A stretch of DNA of 64,000 bases from an uncultured bacterium (lineage in GTDB: Bacteria > Patescibacteriota > Saccharimonadia > UBA4664). The notes beneath the pieces are model-generated. The model did no database searches. It was given only the letters and a program-made list of their open reading frames with translations, and had not been told where the DNA came from. Made by a program: the position numbers and the translations under genes. Every line of letters begins with the position of its first letter. Within the stretch, counting starts at the first letter, position 1. The stretch is taken from assembly GCA_963720265.1 (NCBI GenBank), contig CAVRET010000002.1, positions 878,069 through 942,068 of the forward strand. Reading direction: 5' to 3'. Positions 52,890 through 61,200 of this stretch are shown here, in pieces.

Positions 52890-53923
52890 TTGCCACTGGA
52901 TTTGTCGGCCAGGTTGCTTACCGCCTGGGTGAAAGCGGTGAGCGTACTCGAAGGCTCGAGCGCTTTGAGCTGTGCGACTGCTGCATTGCCGAGTGATAGT
53001 TGATCGTTGCTAAACGCGGTGGCGGGAGCAACAACATTCGCGCCGTCAGCGGCAATGACACTGGCGCTTTTTCCGTGCGCAGCATCGCTGGCAGTCTGCG
53101 CAAGGGCGGCGTTTGAACTGCTCACCAGGGTTCGTAAATCGCTCAGCAGTTGTTGGTCGGGCCCAGTTTGCATCTTTAGACTGGCGGCCTGCTTGCCGGT
53201 CGTGCTCATGAGCGTCATATATTGTCCGATCTCAACCGAGAGCGAGGCTGATGGCTGGCGTTCGGCGGATTGAATGGCTTGCTGGGAGTTGGTGAGGTTA
53301 ATAAGCAACGGGCCGAGGACTTTGTAGTCGTTGTAAGTACCTTGGGCAAAATCGATGTAGGCCGGCCATTTGTTTTGCAAGGTCGCGAAGGTGCTCTTGA
53401 TAGTAGCATTTTTGAGCACTGGCGAGTCTTTGAGGAGCTGATACTGTTTGTTTGCATCAGTCATGTCGCTCGAAAGAGCCATGCTGGCAGTATTAAACTC
53501 GGGTACTGAGGTGGCGGAAGTCATACTCGAAACATCCGCGGCAACATCCGTGACATCAAGACCCAGCTCAGAGGCGGAATTATTGGCTGCCAGCATATCC
53601 CAGCTGCTGATTGAATAGTGAGCGACAACTGCGACTACGATGACCGTGAGGACGACGGTGAGAACAGCGCCACCTAAAATGATAAGTTGCTGGTTTTTCG
53701 GTAGGGCGCGATATGTAGTAGTCGGCTGCGTGCGTGGCGGTAACTGTGTGGCTGCGGGAACGATTGGCTGCGACACAACGGCATTGAGTGACGGCGGCGG
53801 GGATGATTGGGGCGCAGCCGGTGCCGGCGGCGGCGTTGGAGGCGGCGTTGGCGACGCCGGTACAGCCGGTGTAGTCACCGGGGCCGGTGTTGGCGCAGGT
53901 TGGGTGCCCGGTGGCTGTTCCAT
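52886..53923 (-). CDS. Pro-rich, membrane-anchored hypothetical protein (345 aa)
   Basis: N-terminal PTPAP repeats, one TM segment (LIILGGAVLTVVLTVIVVAVVA), then a Ser/Ala-rich extracellular domain. Confidence 0.5.
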   Translation of the reverse strand: MEQPPGTQPAPTPAPVTTPAVPASPTPPPTPPPAPAAPQSSPPPSLNAVVSQPIVPAATQLPPRTQPTTTYRALPKNQQLIILGGAVLTVVLTVIVVAVVAHYSISSWDMLAANNSASELGLDVTDVAADVSSMTSATSVPEFNTASMALSSDMTDANKQYQLLKDSPVLKNATIKSTFATLQNKWPAYIDFAQGTYNDYKVLGPLLINLTNSQQAIQSAERQPSASLSVEIGQYMTLMSTTGKQAASLKMQTGPDQQLLSDLRTLVSSSNAALAQTASDAAHGKSASVIAADGANVVAPATAFSNDQLSLGNAAVAQLKALEPSSTLTAFTQAVSNLADKSSGN

Positions 53924-54040
53924 AGTGCTTATGGTAACGGTTCTCGTTGACGAAATCTAGTTTATGCGTAATGGACCGGCGGCTCGTAATTGTGAAATAT
54001 GCCCCTTGAGAAAGCCCGGTCGTGTTGCCATAGTGAGGGC

Positions 54041-55279
54041 ATGGATAAGCGTGCGTTTGCAAAACTGCTTGTAGCTTCGGCTGCGATCGGCCTGATCGTA
54101 GGCGTGGTTTCGGACCTGTTTATCCGAGCGATCCAGGTTGTGAGCCGCCTTGTATGGAAGAGCTCGCTGGCCGTAGCACATCATCAAGTACTGGCCGTAG
54201 TTATGGGCGTGCTGGGTGGGGTCATTATGGGCCTGTGCGTGAAATATTTTGGCACTAACGACGACGGAGTTGGCTTCGAGGCGGTCATGAGCTCGGTCGT
54301 GCACGACGGCGCGGTTGGCGCCAAGCAGCTAAAACGAGTGGTACTGAATGCCTACGTCGGCCTTGTGACCGGGGCCAGTATCGGCCCGGAAGCGCCACTC
54401 ATTACGCTTGGCGCATGGTGTGGTGAGTTTTTGGCCAAGGCGCTTAAGGTAAGTCGTCAGCAAGTCATGGCGTTTATTACGATTGCACTGGGCGGATCAA
54501 TGGGCGTGCTGGTGGATTCGCCGGTGGCCGGACCGATTTTGTTTGCTGAGCGGCCGCCGACCAAGGATACGCCGACTAATCAGGTGCTGGTGTTTGCCAG
54601 TATGATCGCGGCTAGCGTGGGTTTTGCGATTTACTACCTGCTCGGGGCCGCACTGTTGAAAGGCACTGAGTTGGTGCCGGCGTACAACGGATTCCGGCCG
54701 GTGGATTTGCTGTATGGACTCGTCATTGGGCTTGTGGGGCTGGCGATTGGCGCGGCTGTGAAATGGTTGATTTTTGCGGTGCGGGGCGTCTTGCGGCAGT
54801 ATGTTCCGAGCCCAATTGGGCGGGGGCTGGTGGCCGGGTTGATTTTGGGCGTGGCCGGCGCAATTTGGCCGCTCGTGATGTTCGACGGCAGCGCTCAGCT
54901 CAACCAGCTGGTGACACATATGGGCATGTATTCGGTGGGCGCGCTCATCGTGCTGGCGGTCGTGCGCATCGTGTGCACGGGAGTGGCGCTGGGCGCAGGG
55001 TACCAGGGCGGTAATATTTTTCCTACCATTTTTATTTGTGGCGCGGTTGGGCTGGCTATTCACGGCCTATTTGGGTTTGTGCCGGCGGCGGTCGCGATGG
55101 TGGCTTGCATGGCGAGCGCCATGTACGAAGCCGTGCCGCTGCCGCTGTTTACCATCTTTTTGTTCACAGAAATTTCGAGCTTTAACCTCGTGCCGGTGAT
55201 GGCCATGTCACTGGTGGCGGCGTACGTGGTGCAGATTTTGCGCGGCCAAATTTCATTACCGCAGGGACGCACCTCCTAG
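54041..55279 (+). CDS. ClC-family chloride channel / H+-Cl- antiporter
   Basis: About 10 hydrophobic helices, GASIGPEAP (GxEGP-like motif with gating Glu) and GGNIFPTIF (GxFxP). TGAGGG RBS lies before the ATG at 54041. Confidence 0.6.
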   Translation: MDKRAFAKLLVASAAIGLIVGVVSDLFIRAIQVVSRLVWKSSLAVAHHQVLAVVMGVLGGVIMGLCVKYFGTNDDGVGFEAVMSSVVHDGAVGAKQLKRVVLNAYVGLVTGASIGPEAPLITLGAWCGEFLAKALKVSRQQVMAFITIALGGSMGVLVDSPVAGPILFAERPPTKDTPTNQVLVFASMIAASVGFAIYYLLGAALLKGTELVPAYNGFRPVDLLYGLVIGLVGLAIGAAVKWLIFAVRGVLRQYVPSPIGRGLVAGLILGVAGAIWPLVMFDGSAQLNQLVTHMGMYSVGALIVLAVVRIVCTGVALGAGYQGGNIFPTIFICGAVGLAIHGLFGFVPAAVAMVACMASAMYEAVPLPLFTIFLFTEISSFNLVPVMAMSLVAAYVVQILRGQISLPQGRTS

Positions 55280-55295
55280 ACCGGTCGCCTGCGGT

Positions 55296-58200
55296 CTACT
55301 GAATGACTTGGTAGTACCATTTGTAGGTCTTGGTGGCCGGGAGGCTACTGGTTAGTGCGTCAATGTCAAACCCAGTTGCCGAAACAGTGTCACTGTCGAC
55401 GTAGGTCGAAAGTGTAGCGGCATCGGCGTCAGCCGGAGTTAGGGTAACGTGCGGGGCGGCCGTAAAGGGTTTGGCAAATGCAAGCGAGGCAAGTTTTGCA
55501 GTTATGTCGCAGCCCGCGCCTGACGTAACCGTGATAAGGCCAGCTGTATCGGTGCCGGAAATGGTAACGGTAGCGCACGAGGCATCGCTCGTTGCGGACG
55601 GGGCGTTTCCGCCGGTCGTTATGTGCCCGTTGACGGTCAGGTTGGCGGCAGTCAACGTGCCGGTTACCGTCAGGTTGGCAATTTCGGCCGTGCCCGTCAC
55701 GGTCAGATCGGTTAGTGTGGCCATGCCGGAGACGTTCAGTGAGCTGAAGGCGGCAGCGTCGCCGTCGAGCACGGCACTGCCCTCGGCCGGCTGGGTCGTA
55801 CTTGAACCATCCGGATCGTAATAGCCGATGTTCAAATAAACATCTACTGATCCGACGCCTGTACCTGAGTAGCTGGTCATCGCGGTCCCGATTGACATAC
55901 CAGGCCCAGTCTGGAGCTCGGCGACTCCGCTTTGGGTTGAATAGGTCAGCCGATCACCGACGTTAATCGGGCCGTTGGCGGTTGATACGCTAACCGGCAC
56001 CTGACCAACCAGGCTGACAAGCGCGGTAGCACCGGGGTCTTTGGCGTTATAGATCCTGGAGTTACCGACGTATCCCGGCGAAGTTGATACTACTCCGACC
56101 AGCATTTGTGCACTGCCTGCGCCACAAGGGTCAACTTTTCCGGTTGCACTATCAAGGCAAACCGGCTCGCCCGGCTGCAGTTGCCCGTTTGTGACTTGCT
56201 CGAAGTACTCGGCATAGTCGCCGAGACCGCCGGCGATGGTGCCGTAGGCTGTAATTGAATAGCCGGAAGAAGAATCTTCGCCAACCTCAAGTGTGGCGGT
56301 CGTGCCGCCGGCATAGGCCGTGACATTGTTGGTGCTGACGGCTAGGGCGGTAACGCTTGATGCGTCGTCGACCTGAAGTGCAGTGGCTGAATCACTGAAG
56401 GTCTGGACCGTGGCGCCGGTGTTGGCTACGGTGACGCCGGTCTGGCCACCCTGGAGGTTGACGATGGTGCCGGCAGATGAGCCGCCGCTCGTGGCATCGC
56501 CGCCAATGTCCACGAGCTGGTCGGAAGTTGAAGTGCTATCGATTTCGACGTCGTCGTCGTTGTAATCTGTGCCGACCGCACCAATATTCACATTGTTTTG
56601 GTTTACGGTACCAAGTGAGATGATCCCGCTGTCCACCGCCTGTAGTGAAATGCCATCGCCGCCGCCATAGATGGTGGTGTAGCCGCCCTCGTTCTCGTTG
56701 CCAACGGTGACGTCCTGGGCGTTGGTGGTGCCGATGTGAATGTAAGGCGCTGAGACATACCCAAGGTCGGTGACAGTGATGTCGTCAATGTAATCGGTGG
56801 TGCCACCGCCAGAGCCAGTAAAGTTCAAGTAGGCATTGGTCGATCCGGGCGGAGCCGTGATATTGCCGGTCAGCTCGGTCCAGCCGGTGGTCGTGTCGGT
56901 GACGCTATCCCAATTACCGCCACCGACGCCGGGGCCATCCCAGGTAATATTACCGTTGACCGTTTCGGCTGTGGTGCCCCGAACCCAAGCCGTGAAGGCG
57001 TAGTCATGGCCGGCGGTAACGCTGATGTTGGCGTAACCTTCTTGAATACCCCAGGACCCGGCGGTCTCAGCCACTGCCAAGCTGTGCGTGGGGCTGTGAG
57101 CCTCGGCGGTTGATAGGCTTAACGGCGAGCAGCTGAACCAGCAGGTGAACGTGGCGGTGGTGCCAGTTTCAAAGTCGTCGTCTTCGATTTGGGTGCCGGA
57201 TTGCACGTTGGTGCCGTTATCGATCGTGATATTGCCGGAGGCGGTCGTTGATGAATTGCCGGTGGTGATGGCGACGGAGCCGGTCGTGCCCGAACCCGCG
57301 CCGGTGCCAATTGTTACACCGCCGGTGCCGGCCTGAACGGCCGTGGCCGAGGCGCCGTCGGTGGAGCCGGCGGTAACGGTTTGAGCCGCGCCGGTAGATG
57401 TGCCGACATTAATGGTGCTGGCAAGGGCCGTGGTGCCGGTGGCGCCGACGTTGACATTGGCGCCTGAGGTGTCGACTTGCAGTAGGTTCGCGCCGCCTGA
57501 GTTTTGGACCAAGAAGGCGGTTGTGGAATCGTTACCCGAGGTGGGCTCAACTTCTTCCGTGCCGGCGACCAGGAGGTTGACGTTTTGGCCCGTGCTCCAG
57601 CCGCTGGTGCCGGCGACGGTAACACCGATGCGCAAGGTGGAGTCGGTGGTGTTACTGTTCGGGCCAATGCCCCAGGTACCAGAACTATCCCATTGGCCGA
57701 CGACGAGGGCGTTGCCGGTGGATTGACTAGAAACGTCGTTGAGGTAGAGATACGCCGGGTTGGTGGTGCCGTCGATGTTGGAGCCAACCGTGAGCTCAGA
57801 CTGACTGCTGACGACGCCGTTTGCTGTATCGACGTTAAAGAGCGTGCTGCCGGAAGCATTTTGGATCTGGAAAGCCCCGGTGGAGTTGCTTGTGCCTTGA
57901 ATCACAACCGGCGAGGTGACATCGCCGTTTAACTGAGTTGAGCCGTTAATATTGAGAGAGCTTACGGAAGCCGTGATGATCATGGCCACGGCATCTGATA
58001 CGGCCGAGGTGGTAGTGGCGGTGGGGCTATAACTTGTGCCGGCGGCCATAGTTGGATCGTAGGCAATGACGTTGGTTCCGACACTGGTCACTTTGTAGCT
58101 AAATCCGCTGGTACTGCCGGCCGAGCCGGTACCGCCCGTGTAACCGTAGCCCCAATACAGGCCGCCGGTTTCTGGTGCCTTGAGGGTTGGATACGTCATG

Positions 58201-61200
58201 GTTGTTGACGCTACGTTTGTGATGCTGCCCTGCGCTGCGACAAACCAGTTGGTGTTTGCGCCAAGGCCTGAGGTAAACTCCTGGGCTGCGAGCTCACAGT
58301 TAATGCCCGGCGTGGTCCGATACGTTACGGTAATGGCCGAGGCGCCGGTCGTGGTGACGGTGCCTTCCCAGATTTCTTCGTGCAGATTGCCGTCGTGACG
58401 AGTCACCACATGCCACTGGCTGACGCCGCCGCCCGAGACTGAGGCCACATAGACGTTATCCTTAATCGCCAGTGCCATGAGGTTGCCAACGGTGTGCGGC
58501 GCAACACTGAGCGTCGTGAGACTTGAGGCTTGGTTGTCCCATTCCTGGACGGCGCTTGGTGCGGCCGAATTCCCCACGCCCACGATAGAGTTTGATGTGT
58601 CGGCGTTTAAGACGCTGGCTCCGTTGGTGTTTTGCACCTGGAAAGCGGTAGTGGAGTTGCCGGCCGTTGACGACTTTACCAGCGCATTGCCGTTGATTGT
58701 CGTCAGGTTGTTGGCGGCGGCGTTGCCGATCGTCACGCCGGTGGCGTTGGTTCCCGCAATTATCAGCCCGGTGCTGGCCGTAGTGTCGATGGCGGATTTT
58801 ACTTTTACGACGTCGCCACTGGTATCGACTGCGAGTTCGTCTACTCCGGCCGAATTCTGAACTTGGAAGGCTGTGTTAGATGTGTTCTGGACATAGGCAC
58901 TACCCGCGTTTGTGACCTGGAAGCCGATTGCCTGGATCCGGTAATTTGAGTTTCCCGTGATTGGCTGCGAAGCGTTAAGGGTGAGGCTCGTACCGCTGCC
59001 AACCGCCGTAATGATGCCGCTTTGGCCGTCACCAAAAATCATCTGCATGCCTATCATGGCGCTCGTCCAGGTGGTGCCGAGACCGGTGACGGTAGTCCCG
59101 GCTGAGAGTACCTCAGCCTGTCCGGTGCTGTAATAGACTGGACTGACACTGAACGTATTGAGCGGGATGGTCGTGCCGATGCCGACATTGACTGCATTGG
59201 CTCCCTGTCCGCCGAGAACAAGACTGTTGTTGGCCTGGACTTGGGCTTCGTAGCCAATCGCGGTCGAACCCTGGATTGACCCAGGCGTATCGAACCCATC
59301 CGAGTCAATTCCGGCCGTCTCATAGCCAAGAGCGGTGTCATCTTCGCTGCCGCTGGTCATGTCGTATGGAGTTAGTGCCCAGGCGCCGACTGCCGTGTTG
59401 TCGTTTGAGTTGCTGTAATACAGCGAGTAGCTGCCGATTGCAGTGTTAGAAATGCCGTCTATTGAGTTATTTGCTGAGTTATTGCCCAAAGCCGTATCGA
59501 AATCAGCGGTAGAGTTGTCCAGGTTCTGCAGGCTGCCGTTTCCGACCGCCGTATCGTATGATCCCGCATGATTGGCGTGTAAGGTGTACATGCCGAGCCC
59601 GGTATTGTATGAGCCGGTTGTGTTGTCTGCAAGGGACCCGTTGCCAAAGGCGCTATTTTGGAAGCCTTGTGTCGAACCGACGTTAAGCGCGTTATTGGCG
59701 CCAGCGCCGTCACCAACGAATGAATTGTAGCCGCCGCTGCCGCCGGATCTGACCTCAATGGCCGGGGTGCCGTCTGAGTTATCAACCACTAGGCCGGGAG
59801 CCGTGTTGCTGGCAGTGGCGATTACCACCTTGGCATTGGTAGTGTCGACCGTGAGCTCAGCAACACCAGATGTGTTCTGCACCTGGAATGCGGTAGTGGA
59901 ATCGGTAGTCGTCTTAATAATATCCGAGGGTGCTGTGCTGCTACCCGTAATGGTCTGACTAATGCCGTCACCTCGCAGTGTCAGTGGTTCGGTGCCGGCG
60001 CTATCACCCACGGTAACAATGCTATCGGTATCGGTGCCGACGTTGAGATTGCTGCCGGCGGCCGTAACGATATCAATGCCGCCGGCACCGCCTTGCAGAG
60101 TCGTAGTACCAGCCTCGTTGCCGTTGCCGATGAGCACGGCGGCCGCGTTGGTGGAGCCGAGCAGCACGGCGGGTGTCGATGTGCCACCGCTGACCACGAC
60201 GTCATCCAGATAGGTTGTAACAAAGCCACCATCATTGCCGTAGATGCTCAAAGTTTCACCAGTCGCACCAGCCGGTGCCACGGCAGATCCCGTAATCTCG
60301 GTCCAGCCGGTGGTCGAGTCCGTGACAGCGCCAATGGTTTGGAAGCCACCAGATCCACCGACCCACGTAACTCCGAGGGTAAGCAATTCGGCACTTGTGC
60401 CCCGCACCCAGGCCGAGAAATTGTACAGCTGACCGGCCGTAACGGCGTTACCGGGATAGTCGGTGGTGGCGGCCCAAGTGCTACCTGCGCCGTGATCCAT
60501 GGCCAGGCTGTGTGTACCGCCGTGAGCTTGAGCCGTTGACTGGGTAACCGTCGCGTTATAGTAATAGCCCCAGTTGTTGGTACCGGATTCAAAAGTGTCA
60601 TTTTCTACGTTGGACCCGCTCGATATCGCCCCGCTGCCGGCATCGATGGAAATGCTGCCCGCCGTGCCACTTGCAGAGTTGCCGGTTTGGATGATGATGG
60701 AGCCCGTATTGCCGGTGGCCGCGCCAGTGTTTATCGCCACGTTGCCCGTTCCACCTTCGATGGTAGTGGCAGATGCTCCATCCCCGCTGCCAAGGTTGGT
60801 GGTCTTGGCAGCACTGCCACCGCTGTAGCTATTGATGTTGACCGTGCTGGCTTCGTCGTTGAAGACCGCGCCAAGGTTCAGCGTGTTAGCCGCGACTGAG
60901 TTGGCGACGTTGATGGTGCCGCCGCTCGACGCCAGAATGTCCACGGCTTGCGAGGTGCCGCCGCCCTGGAGGGTGGTTGTACCAAGCTGATTGGCATTTC
61001 CAACGGTAATGGTCTGGGCGTTGGACGTGCCAATGTCAAGCGCCGGCGCACCTGCATTGGTCGTGGCGGTTATATCATCGAGGTAGGTCGTGGAACTGCC
61101 GTTGCCGTCGCCGCTATTGTAGAACTGGAAGTAGGCGTAGTTATAGCCACCGGACGGCGCCACGCCCGAACCGGTCATTTCCGTCCAGCCGATGGTGGTG